A DNA stretch of 64,000 nt, taken from the human T2T-CHM13v2.0 reference genome, Homo sapiens. Position numbers and translations under genes: made by a program. The notes below the pieces were generated by a model that searched no databases, was not told where the DNA came from, and saw nothing but the letters and a program-made list of their open reading frames with translations. The stretch lies in NCBI RefSeq assembly GCF_009914755.1, contig NC_060929.1; one strand, written 5' to 3'. Positions 29,950 to 42,500 of the stretch are shown here, in pieces. The first letter of the stretch is position 1, and each line of letters opens with the position of its first letter.

Positions 29950-31400
29950 TTTCTTAATAGAACTTTAGACAATTTGCAAAAATAGTATACTGAGTTCCTC
30001 AATGCCCTTTGCTCAGGTCCCCCAGTGATAACATGTTATCTAACCAAAGTCTGATGACCTAAACCAGAAACTAAATTCACCTATAGGCATTATTTGAATT
30101 TTTCTAGTTGTTTCACTAGTATCTTTTTTTTTTTCTCTCTGATTCAGAATTCACTCAAGAATTCTGCATTTTATTTAGTTGTCATGTCTCGGTAGTCTCC
30201 TATTTGGGACAATTTCTCAGTTTTTTTTTTTTTTTTCTTTTTGGGCTTTTATAACCTTGACATTTTTAAAGAGTACTGGTCAATCACTCTGTGGAAGGTT
30301 TCTTAATTTGAATTATCTGGTATTTTCTGCTTACTAGATTGATGTCATGTATTTTTGTCAAGAGTACTGCAAAAGTGAAGTTGTGCCATTCTTGGTTCAT
30401 CATATGAGGAGGTAATTGATGTTTTCATGTCTTTTTATGAATGATGTTTACTTTGATCATTTGTTTAAGGGAGATATCTGACAGGTCTTTCTCCTTCACA
30501 GTTACTGTATTAGATTTCTAGGGCTCCCATAACAAATTGCTACAGGCTGCATGGCTTAAAACAACAGAAAGTTATTGTCACAGTTCTGGAGGCTAGAAAT
30601 CTGAGTCATGCTCCCTCTGAAGCCTCTAGGAGAGGATCTTTCCTTGTCTCTTTCAAGTTCTGGCAGCTGCAGGGATTTCTGGGCTTTTGGAGGCATAACT
30701 ACAGTCTCTGTCTCCATGAACACATGACATCTTCCTGTGTGTCTGTCTCTTTGTCTCTTTTCTTTTAAGGATACCAGTCATATTGAATTAAGGGCCCACC
30801 CAACTCCAGTGTAGCCTCATCTTAATTTAACCAATTACATCTGCAAAGACCTTATTTCCAAATAAGATCACATTCTGGGTTCCAGAAATGGTATGAATTT
30901 TTTTGGGGGAGGACACCATCCAACTCAGTAAAGTTAATATTTCTCTTTTTCCAATTACTAAGTGCCATGCGGAGAGTGACACTAAAATTATGCAAATGTC
31001 CTTTTTCTCCTTATACTCTTGCCCATTTTAAAATCTAAATACAATTCTTGTCTGCATAATTATCACTCTGCTATTTGCAAAATGATGAGTTGTGATTTCC
31101 ACCATTTTTCTACCTTTATCAATTGGAATTCTCTCATTAAAGGAACTGTCTCTTCTCTCCCACGTACTTGCTATTTTTTGTTTGTTTTTTCTTTTTTTAT
31201 GTACTTTAAAAATTATTTATTTACATTAGTATGGACCCATAGATTCATATTTTATGGGTTATAATCTATTATTATAATAATAATTATTACAGTTATTAAT
31301 TGGTAATAATTGTCCAAATTGTTAACATTGCTCAAATTGTCCCAGATTGCCCATTACCAGTTCCTGCAAGTTGGTTTTCATTTTTGATGTCTTGCCATGT
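29950..31400 (-). mobile_element. L1MC4/5-like 3' region, interrupted by MLT1
   Basis: AATTTGCAAAAATAGTATAC..TTTAGTTGTCATGTCTC..CCTTGACATTTTTAAAGAGTACTGGTCA..GCTCAAATTGTCCCAGATT. Confidence 0.7.
30506..30932 (-). mobile_element. MLT1C-like MaLR solo LTR
   Basis: TGTATTAGATTTCTAGGGCTCCCATAACAAATT..CACAGTTCTGGAGGCTAGAA..CATCTGCAAAGACCTTATTTCCAAATAAG. Near-TSD GTTAC/GTTAA. Confidence 0.85.
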
Positions 31401-34400
31401 GCTGATAGATGAAATTTTCCCTGGTGATTCTGCTCCTAATTTTGATATCTCTTTCTGAATTCCCATTGTGCTCTATAGTTAGTGCCACTTTTCAGCAATT
31501 AGTTTTGTTTACTTTTAATTTTATCTTATTTTGTCATTCTCTAGTCACACCTCTCAGACTAGACATGGTTTCTTATATTTCTTCAATTTCTCTTTACTCT
31601 CAGAATTAAGAATAAAATCTCAGGACTAAACACATAGTAGGTACTTGAATTATTCTAGCTTGTTGATTAGTCTACTAATTTATGAAATCACAATTTCTAT
31701 TCACATAGCATCCCATATTCTATGGTTCTTTGTCTGGAATTTGATAACTGAATGTATAATGTTCCTTTCTGAATATAACAACATTCTACTTTCTTCTGGC
31801 CTAAATATCTAAGCACCTGGGTGTATTTGTATTAAATACTAAGTACTACTGACAATGCTTGCTTGGCTTGAAGCTTCCTACTAACTTTAATTAAATGCAC
31901 CAGGCAGCTTTTTACTCATAGTCCCAAAGCCTTAATTATAAGAACATACCAGTACACAGAAACAATCAGTAGTTCCTTCCTGTGACAGGGTGGAGTAAGT
32001 GCATCTGGATAAATGTTTGCTGGAGGATTAAACTAAAGAGAGCCAATTCTCATCTAAATTTTTTGAGTAAATGTATTTGTGAACAGCTTTTGTCAACTTC
32101 ATTTTAGATTCAATTTCTGGACACTAATACCAACAATAACTTGATTAAGGGGATTGTTTGCAAACCTACTGCATACCTGCCATGAAACTGCTGAAGAAAT
32201 GAATAGCATCAATCAATATTGCTTCTGCTATGCAAGGTCAAGTTAAACCCTCGGTGTGCTTTTTATTGCACTTTTAGAACACTGAGTCCACCTAAATCAA
32301 AGATGTGCACACTGCAAAAATTTAGAACATTTTGTTTCTTTTAAGTCATTGACCTCTGCAAGAAAGTAGAAGCACATATGATTAGTAGAATTGAAGAGGA
32401 TTACTTGTCACACATGGCTGCACATTTATCTGCATGGAATCATGGTTTCATATACTCTTGAAAATGTAACTAACATACTGTAACTTACTAGACAAGACTT
32501 CAGTGTGAGCAGGAGACTTTATTTACTTAGTTTTCTATATCTACACTTATCTTTTTTAGACAGTTACCATAAAATAAGTGTTTGAGACAAACATCACACT
32601 AAAAATGATCTGAAAATTATACTCATAATGATAATGCTTGAGGATATTGTGGAACGGAAGGATATTTGTAGGGTGAGAACTTGATGGATTGGGGTATGTG
32701 AGTTTGGGAGTCACAGTGTGGGGATCAAAGTTGTTCTGCTAAATGTAGTATTCTGAGGACAATCTGGGAGGCAGCAGATAGCCATCAACTACAGAATATC
32801 CTTTTTCTCCTTATACTTTTGTCCACTAATTGTAAAATCCAAATACGATTCTTGTCTGGGTAATTATCACTCTGCTGTTTGCAAAATGATGAGTGTGATT
32901 GAAATTTGCACTGGGGAAAAAGGATCAGGAGGGGACCCATGAAGGTCAAAACAAATAAACCCCGACCAACCAAACAAAAGATGTGGAGAACAGGAATATA
33001 TGATATGGATTTTGAATTTGATTGCTGTGGGATATGCCATGTAGCTCCTATCCCATAACCAGCAGTTTTTTGGGCAAATTCTAAGACACAAATACTTGGC
33101 ACAGTCAGAGTTTTGCTCATTTTGTTTCATGCAACTGTGATGTATGGAACTCATATTTGAAAGCAATTGTTCAAGAGGTAGAAGAGACCACAAGAAGGAA
33201 AGCTTTCCTCTTTCTACTTTACAATTGCCTTGTGTTTTTAAATTCTGAGGGTGTGAAATGGGCTATTGAGCTAATCTTACTTTGCTCCTGAGGAATAGTG
33301 AGGAAATGTGCTAGCTGATATTACATTCAAAATACAGAGTTAGGTGTTATTACTATCATCCTATTTTACACATAAAAGAAATGAAACTTAGAAAAATGGT
33401 GTGCAAATGGCTACATTTGAATCCAGGCTGTCTACCTCTAAAGCCATTCTGCTAACCTAATTTCTAGGGTTTAGAACACAGTAAGTTCTCAATAAGTGTG
33501 AATACAATTGTATGAGTAACAGGTTGAGGGACTCTTTTAAACAGAACATTTTGCTGCTGATAATAGGGGCAGGGTGGTGACAGGCACAAAGTCACAGTGC
33601 TCACTTTTAGCACAAATGAACTAATGTATGCCTCAGAAGAGTCCTATGCAGTGGTTGATGTAAAGGAACAAAGTAGCCTGCCAAGGTTCCAGGAGTTTCA
33701 GTGGTAAACCAGGGATCTGAATGCTCTGAATGCAGGCAGCCTGGCTCTAGAATCTGTGCTCTGAACTGTGTCCAATGTACCCTGACCTTCAGAAGAATGT
33801 TTACATTTGATGAAGAGGCACTAATCAACAGATGAGTTGCTATAATCATCCCAATAAATGCTCTAGTTAGTAGTCAAATAGAACTATCAATAGAAGAAAG
33901 TCTATTGGTGTCCCCTGGAGGGACACAAAAGTAAATTCCCCGAAGTTCAGGCAGACTTAGAGGCAGTATTCTTCATTCTATCCCTCCGTTTTGTAGAGTT
34001 CACCTCTCCCTGACTATGCTGGCTTCATTCATATTAAGATAATGAATCATGGTGATGTTGACTCCAGCTAGAATAATTATTCTCGACATGCCTTCATTTT
34101 TTAAAAGAGGCTGTGTTAGGAGAACCAGAGAACCACTCCAATTAAAGTCCAATTTTCTATCTTTCCAGCACTCTTCCTTAAACTGGAGAAGGGAGGAAAA
34201 AAGACCAAGTGCCCTGCCCTAGTTATTGAGGTGAATAAATCCCAGCTGTCAGAGAGCAAACCTCTTTTACTTTGGTTCCAAACCTCCATGGATGTATATT
34301 TCACCTGGTCTTTTTTTCCCTATCCTTAGCCTTATTTCCTCATGAGTGCATCAGCTCACACAAAGATTCTCTTTCAAATGAGGTGGCAGGTCCATGAGTT

Positions 34401-37194
34401 CCCTGTGGCTGTTCTCAATGATGACTTTCGCAATCAGGACATTGGTGAGGAGATCTACTATTCCTCCTTAATTCCAGCCTAGTCAAACTGTGCAAGGACT
34501 TGTTTGTAGAAAATAATAGACAATCACTGCTATAGAAAAAGATGGGTGGCTTTTAAGGAGTTGATTAACATCAAACCATATTGCTTAAAACAATTGTGGG
34601 AAGGGTGTTGGTAATGGTAAAAACATAAGCTGCCGATTCTTGCTTTGTCTTCTTTTACTTGGCTGCTGTCATAAGCAATAAAACTTTTGTGTGACTACTT
34701 GGCATTGCTGTAGGTGAGAACTAGAAAACTTGTGTCCCCTTCCTGTCTCTGCCCTTGATTTATCACCTAAGGAAAACATTAACCACAGTATGCCTCTTTT
34801 TCTTCCCTTTTCTAAGAAAACAAAAATGATATTACTTGGGCAGGTTTGGTGTACTTTTCCTATTGTGACCCAAACTGCTTTGCACACATGGGGCTCTAAA
34901 TTGTCATATAAAACTGGAAAACAATGAGAGACTGGCCCTGATAGGGAGTTCTCTAAGTGACTGAATGAATTCAACACCTAAACTGGACTATTAAGATTGA
35001 CTTTGGCCATTCCCAACAGATGGAAGCCTAGATCCTTTGAGAATAGGAGAGCTCTGAAATCATCTCTTCCATTCACTGCACAAATGGTATCAGCACACCT
35101 TTGTGCAGTCCATCTGGTCAACTCTTGGGCCTAAGCAACTCTTTATTTTCAGGGAGAAAGAGAAATACTAAAAGAACAAGCAGTTTGGAATAGATCACTC
35201 ATTCATGTAACGTATAAACACATAAGTGAAACTGCCTACACAGATTCTGGTTGGATTAGAAAGTGATCATTGTGGAATGCTGTCACTTGAGAAATGCTGC
35301 TACATCTGTTCCTTTGATTTCAGGATGTTGTCCTTAGAATAGTTCACCTTAACCCAATTCTATGCTACGCAGGAATGATTTTTGTGTAGGTGCCAAGAGA
35401 AGGAGTACCACATACACATAGGGTGCAGAAAGGGGACACCACATGACTCTGCCTGTGCTTTTCTATCTTGTCTGCAAATGGCCATCACAACAGGTCATTC
35501 CATGTGTGGAATGGCAGGGCCTTACTGACTGGAGCAGCAGCAATAAAACTTTTAGCATACTTTGCTACCCCTGTTTTGTTTTGGTTTTCATATTTTATGA
35601 GAGGAGGACACAATCATTATTTTCTCATATTTTACAAATTTAAGTACAACTCAGTGACTACCCAGATCTTAGGTGGTTTTCTCGTCCCTCCTGACCTTTC
35701 TAGAAGCTCAAGGATTCAAAGCCAAGTTGTTTTCCACATAGTGAGATCAATAAATATTACTAGTGCAATGAGGTGTTCAGTCACTACACTACCTATTTAA
35801 ACTCCCATTAGTTACAGTTTTAGTTGTTAAGCATCATTACATAAGCATTCTCTGGCCTCAGCATCTAACACTTCAAAGTCATGCAAATGCTGGTTCATGA
35901 ATTCTGATAAATATCTACAAATAATTCTGGGTGTAGGACATCATGTTTTTCAATCAGAATAAGAACCTGTCAAGGATAGCTCATTGTAATTAGGTATAAA
36001 TATTGAAAACTTTGGCAACTGGGAAAAACATATGCCAGTGTGCTTATTGGCAAGCCCTGTTGTAAATAATAGGGTATCTAGATGATGATCAGTACATAAA
36101 GTGTTGTTTGTAGTCCTTAGGAGCTATTGGTCAAAGATATTAGATGTGTCGACAAGTAATACATGAAGGCCCATATGAGTTAAGTGGTCAATGTGGAGGA
36201 GATCAAGAGGTTCAAGGCTGAGCTCTTGTCCATAAAAAAATGCATAATCTTAATAGTCCAAAGTGCAGCAACAATTTTGGAACCAAAAGACCAACAAGAG
36301 TTGAGGAGTTAGGTGCAGAGACAAGGAACCAGCAGAATGAGAACCATGATTTATATTGACCCAGGCAAAGGACCTTTAAGGTCTCTTATCAGAACAGAAG
36401 ATACTCCCAAGTGGATTTGCCTCACAGCCTGCAAAGAGGTTGTATATCATCTTCTAGCAATCAATGCAGTCTCTGTTTCATTTATAGTAAACATGGGTGG
36501 ATTATCTTCCTTTTGTAACCAGCTCCTTAGAAGCAATTTATTTAAGCTAAATTTTGTATTAGCCACAAGTTTTAATTCTAATTTTTCAGCATCTTAGCTT
36601 ATAAACCAACTTTTATGCTATATATATATATGGACAACTAGATCCTATCATGTTTCACTTCTCCAAAACAGGATCAACATTTTCAAATAAACTCATGGAG
36701 ATATGGAGCTGGAAGACAATTTAGGAACTCATTATATATGACAGACTTTGAGAAATTATTTATGTAGTACAATATAGAAATATCTTACAATACAGAAATA
36801 ATCTAAATATTATAGATAAAAGTGATACTTTAGCTTTTATTGTGCAGATAAATTTGTCTCAGTTCTTTATTTCACTTTGTATGCAGAGACCAGCTTACTT
36901 TTTATGTGGTCAGATGGTATAAATTTCATTCTTTTAATCTGGTATCCTAAATCAATAATTTCTGCCTTTTAATAATTTCTTTTTTAATGGTGTTGTCTTT
37001 CAGAATTGAGGTAAATTTTTTGAAACTGTTTTATTAAAATCATAAAAGGAAAGAAGTAAGTGAATATATAGCAAACATCAATCTATGCAGGACAATTATC
37101 AAGAAAATAAATATAGCTGAATGTGAAGCGATCTTAGAAATGCCTTTATAAACCACAATATTGCCTCACATACATTTAATAGAAACCAGTTTTC

Positions 37195-37323
37195 TCTCAT
37201 TATTATGTAATAATTATTATTACATAATCTCATTATTATGTAATAATTATTACATAATCTCATTATTATGTAATAATTATTATTACATAATCTCATTATT
37301 ATGTAATCTCAATATTATGTAAT
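37195..37323. repeat. AT-rich palindromic minisatellite (33/30/33/16/16-bp units)
   Basis: TCTCATTATTATGTAATAATTATT(ATT)ACATAA three times, plus two half units. Confidence 0.95.
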
Positions 37324-39139
37324 ATCCATGCAGTGCAAAAATATATACATGACTCTAAACTAAGTGTTATCGTGTCTAAAATCTGATAATATCAGGCTAA
37401 TGCAGCATCTAATTCGAAGAAGGATTATTTCCCACAGATACATAAGTATGATCCTGTCCTGAGATGTACATAAGATTGTATCAGATAGGTGTACACAGTT
37501 AATATAGTGAATTATAATAAATGAATGGTTGCTATTTTATTAAATTGATAGACAAGACTTTTATTGGAATGACATAGTTTAACTTACAAAATTCCATCAC
37601 TGGGAAAGTTTTAGGTTGACTTCATCTGAAAAGGGATTACAATTATTCAGTTTGTCAGAACTACCCTCTCCCAACGACAAACAAAAGGATTGGGCACTTG
37701 AATTAAGTTTAACTTCCAAAAGCTACCTAATAAATTATTAAAGTCTACTCTTAAAAGTGCTTCCATAGAATTGTGACTTTCAAAATATTGGTGAACATGG
37801 AAGAGGAAGGAAGCTTCAACAGCTTGAAAATACATAGTTGTTTCCCTTTTTAAATTTAGAGAATGAATAAAAAGGCTACGTGTAAAGACATATTGTATTA
37901 ATCAACTAATAGTGATAGAGGCACAATGTGCCCTGGAAAATTATTCAAGATGCTGGGAACGACAGACTCTTCAACTTGAGTGAATACTTACATTTACATG
38001 AATCAAGAGACCTTGAGAGTTCCTTTTTTTTTTTTTTTTTAATTTTTTCTTAACAGGGAAGGCTCAAGTTAAAGCAGGAAAATAATCTACCCTTTCAAAT
38101 TAAGGCTGAGAAGGAGATGTTATGGAGTCCTTCAGAACCAAATGAAACATTTAACACCCTGTATTGTTGATATAAAATTGTCTTTTACTTACTGTGGATA
38201 TGGGAGGAGAGAGGTTTTGACAGAGGCCTCTTAAAATAGACTCACTAGAAATTCATCAGGGTCAGGTTAACCAGCTAAATGAAGAAAAAAAGAATGTTCC
38301 AACAATAATGGTGAATACAAATACAGAAATATACTACTGGTGAAGATTTTTCTTTTAAAATACATGTTCAGAGGTTCTGAAACAGAACAGTGTTTCCTAT
38401 GCCTGGGTCCATTTCTCTTCTTTCTCTGTTAAGTAACGTCTCTGTGAAGCTCATCCTGTATAGCATTACTTGAATGACTCATTTTAAATATAGTATTCCT
38501 CTTTATCATTATCCCCAGCTAATATTCAGAGTTCTAATTCTATACATTTTTCATGGTGTGAACCTATATATTATTATCTTACTTTTTATAGCTGAAGAAA
38601 CTTTGTTGTATGATTATATATATGTACATATATGGCCAAATGCTGAAATTGACCTCTTTGTAATTAGATCAACCCATCAGCAATTCAAACAGAAAAAAAC
38701 AGTAAAAGTAGAGAAAAAAATACTGTCAGAGATTTTAAAAATCAATGAAATGATCTGCTCTGTTTGTGAAATTAAAGCCATAAATTTTCTTACTATTTTA
38801 TAGGAAAAGTCCTCTCATCAAATAATATTTCATTAACTGGCAACAGAATATGTGGATTTCAAAACAAAATTATTTAGTTCACTATTTTTCACCTCAGTGA
38901 AAGAGTGTAAAAGTAAAGTTTGATTCTAGTCACTAAACTGATTTTTCCTCTCTAGACGTGGCTACCCAAGATGCACTAAAGACATTAGTTCCTGTTTCCT
39001 AACGTTTAGATAATGTTTAGATAATGTGTCAACATATATTTTTCTCCTTTTATCTGAGCTCCTCATATTTTACATGGTATAGGCTTCACAGCTCTTTGTT
39101 CTTTTCAATCATATCTGAGTCTTTTTTCATTGTGAAAAC

Positions 39140-39762
39140 TGTAGGAGTGGAAAGAGGGTGCTCCCATTCCTCCCAATCATAAAGAGTCATGGCTGACACC
39201 CCTATAACAAAAAGGTTCAAAAGAGAAAAGCATAACAAACTTATGTGCACACATGCAAATGGAAGTCATATAAAATATAAAGGCTAAAAAAAAAAAAGAC
39301 ATGTTTGACAGTTAATATCTTTTTCATTGGGAAAACGGAAGTGGAGGGTCTGTAAATGAATGGGCCCAAAGAGCAGACAGTGGTTTGTAAATGATTCTCT
39401 TTGGGAATTCAATGGGAACTGAGGACCGACAATAGTTTGGGACAAATTTCTCCTGGGTTCTAGGTGTTCTTTGTTGTTGTTTGTTTGTTTGTTTTATTTT
39501 TTGTTTCTTCTTCTGTGATATAAAGTTTTAATCTTCTCTGGTTAATGAAATTTCAGGAAAGGGAGGAAGACACTTGTGTTCTTCTCTGGGGTTCTGATTT
39601 CTAGGTAGGTAAGGGAACTTCAGAGAATGGCCTCATTCTGCGCTTTGGGAGGGCTGAGAGAGAGAAGGGTTTCGGGGAGGGTCAGGGAAATCATGAGACT
39701 GCTTCCTTAGTTCAGCATGTCAAAGAGCCATATTTTGAGGTATCAGTTTCTGAGCCCCAACA
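39140..39762 (-). mobile_element. MER34/MER39-group ERV1 solo LTR
   Basis: TGTAGG..GGCTGACACCCCTATAACAAAA..CAGCATGTCAAAGAGCCATATTTTGAGGTATCAGTTTCTGAGCCCCAACA. Confidence 0.8.
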
Positions 39763-40039
39763 GTACTTCGTAAGTCATTGGAAGCTGCTATGACCACTAG
39801 ACCAAGTTGGCTTCCATTATTCCTCATGTTATTGGGTCAGTAAGTAGATGGGAGGCCAACTTTGGATCAAAGGAGACGATGGTAAGTGCATATATAGGTA
39901 CATCCTAAGGAGGGAAAGTCAACACTTTTTTAAAGAGTTCACACCTGTTATCTACAAGGAGAGGATGCATGTTGAGAGTGAAGGGATTGGTGAGCCTTAG
40001 ATGGTGGTATGATAGAGATGTTATAAAGCTTTCGCTGGC

Positions 40040-40210
40040 TGGGGGACATTGGGCAAGTCATTTTCTCTGACTCAGTTGCCTCATCTGTGGTATGGAAATA
40101 ATAATAGGGCTAAATTAAATTGATTATTGTGAATAATAAATGAAGACAGTCACTTAATGCTTGTAAAATGCTTATCACTATGCTTGGAATATAGTAGGTA
40201 CCTAATATTT
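40040..40210 (+). mobile_element. MIR fragment
   Basis: TTGGGCAAGTCATT..CTCAGTTGCCTCATCTGT..GGAAATAATAATAG..TAGTAGGTACCTAA. Confidence 0.7.
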
Positions 40211-40966
40211 ATTACAAGACTGCTTTATCTTAATGCTGTATTTAAGTTAGTAATTTTACCTTACTTGTGCAATGCTACCCTGTTAGCACAGTTTTACCTT
40301 GCTGTTTCACCTGTCTATGCTTAAGCACTTGAGAGCAGGGAAACAGTAAAATAAAGATTTGTGGCTGTGATTCATCTGAATTTGCACAGCAACAGTTGCA
40401 AACTAAATTCAAATAGGTTATTCCAATAAATGCAGCCACACATCAGTCCTTCCTTTCCTGCAGTTTTCTCCTGTGGAAGGCAAATTCCTCGACATTAGCT
40501 CTTGAATTGATTGCCTTTCTTCCCATTGGTTCTTAAATATTCCCTGGTTTCTCTCTCTCATCAGTGTTTTCCTCTACAGACTCTTTCCCCTGATCCTGTG
40601 AACTTTCCCCATTCCTCCCATTCAAAAAAAAAAAAAAAAAAAAAAGTGTGTCCCTTCAAGGAAAGGATAGGATGGGAGTAGAATTCTCTGATTATATATT
40701 CTCTGGCTAGAGAATATGTATTTTATATATTATATGTATTTTAAAAATGAGTTTCTATTGTTTGTTTTTCTCTACTTCTATTTATCCATTGTACTACAAT
40801 GAAAGTGCCTCAAACCCAACCGCAAAGATACCCAGTGACCTCCAAATCACTAAATTGCAAAGGAAAATGTTCCAGATCTTACTTTACAGGAGGTAGCTGC
40901 TCCAGTAACAATTTGCCCACTCTCTCCTTAAAGTGGGAGTTTCAAAGGGAAACTTCTTCAACAACT

Positions 40967-41101
40967 TCCTCTTCTCCTCCTCCTCCTTCTTCTTTTCTTC
41001 TTTCTCTTACTCTTCCTCTCCTTCTCCTCCTCCTCCTCCCCCTCCCCTCCCCCTCCTTCTTCTTCCTCTTCCTCTTCTTCCTCTCCTTTTCCTTCTTCTT
41101 C
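40967..41101. repeat. (CCT/CTT)n polypyrimidine simple repeat
   Basis: About 135 nt that is almost purely C/T. Confidence 0.9.
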
Positions 41102-41263
41102 ATCATATTTTTCTTAGTTGATAGCAATGGCAGTGTTATCAACTAAGGAGAATATAAAAACCCCAAACCTCTCTGCTTTGCTATAAAATCAGTCTATACA
41201 ATTATGTGGACTTTTAATTTATTTATCTATTTTGGTCTTCTAAATATGTATTAACTATGTTCT

Positions 41264-41862
41264 TGTTGGGGCTCAGAAAAAAACGATACTGCAAAGTGTG
41301 GTGCCTTGACATGCTGAGCACTTTGAACTAAAGAAGTAGCCTTAGTGCCAAGGTGTCTCTGACCTTCTCCCATCCTCCTATCTCTCATTCTCTGTCTTTC
41401 CCAAAGCACAGGGAGAGGCTTTCTCTAACGTTCCCTCATCTGACTAAGGGAAATTTCTCCAGAAGGAATGCAGTTATCTTAAGCTCCCTCCGCCTCCCAT
41501 AATCTCATCAAATAAGGAAGATTAATTCTAAGAAAGAAGACTAGAGTTGACACCATCAAAAGAGCCCAGAGGATCTTTTTCTGAGGCCATCGTCTGTTAC
41601 TCCTGCCCATTCATCTCCCCTAAAAATCATTTGCTCTTCTTCTAAAAGTGCCTGCAGCCCTCCACTTCCCTCTCCCCTGGGAAGAAGGCTCTATTAGCTT
41701 TTGAATCTCATTGGGTTATTGGGTACTTACAGTGATGTCCCCGTGCAGACACTAAGTTTTTATGCCTTTTCTCCCGTTAATCTGTCTATTGTGAATTTAT
41801 TTCAGCAGACTCAATCATCGAAACTTCAGAGGGCAGAAGAAAGGGTCCCTTCACTTGGCTCT
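41264..41862 (+). mobile_element. MER34/MER39-group ERV1 LTR
   Basis: Starts TGTTGGGGCTCAGAAAAAAACGATACTGCAAAGTGTGGTGCCTTGACATGCTGAG; ..TTAATCTGTCTATTGT..CTTCAGAGGGCAGAAG near the end. Confidence 0.8.
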
Positions 41863-41879
41863 CCTCTTGTGTTCATGCT

Positions 41880-42500
41880 CACTACCCCTACCTTACTTAG
41901 ATCTCCGTCATCTTACACCTGCTCTTTACAATATCCTACACACCAGTATCTTTGGCATCAATTTTACTTCATTAAGATTTGCCTTTCTCATTGGTATAAT
42001 CTATTCAAAATGCATGTCTGTATGTACTATGATTTCCCTTAAGCTACAGAGTAAGATTTCAATTCCTTAGCATGACATTCTTGGCCCTTTGCTACTAGAC
42101 CATTGCTCATGCCTTCATTCCATTGCCTGCCTGGAATTTCTACTCACAACTCTAAATTCCAGAAATTCTGACTAACTGATTGTTCCCTGTAAACATTATG
42201 CTGTTTCCAAACTCTGTGTTTTGTTCCAGCTATTCTTTCTTTCTGGAATATTCTTTCCTCATTTTCTTCACCTTAATAAAGCCTATTCCCTCTTTAGTGC
42301 TCAGTTCAAAAGATACTTCAGGAGATGGTCCCCTGCCCTCCCACTCCACATATCCCAAGTTGGATTATTTTCTAAGATTTCGTAGCACTCAGGGGAAGCT
42401 GCAATCAGAATTACTGGATTATCAGTGACTATCTAATTATTTCTCACAAGGATATTGAGAGTGGAAACATTATTACTTTCTACTGCATATACTGTGTGTT
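41880..42500 (+). mobile_element. L2 fragment
   Basis: TCAAAATGCATGTCTG..TTCAATTCCTTAGCATGACATTC..TTCTGGAATATTCTTTCC. Confidence 0.55.

Noticed and set aside
37195-37323. Regularly spaced palindromic repeats as a CRISPR-like array
   Set aside because: No unique spacers and no cas genes, and the context is mammalian; this is a minisatellite.
36980-38960. Several plus-strand acceptor-like sites (near 37003, 38056, 38955)
   Set aside because: No convincing paired donor or reading frame; such sites are frequent in T-rich DNA.
40799-41146. Overlapping low-complexity ORFs
   Set aside because: Translations of the (CCT/CTT)n repeat.
39140-41862. Two LTRs as the ends of one provirus
   Set aside because: Opposite orientation and no internal retroviral sequence between them.
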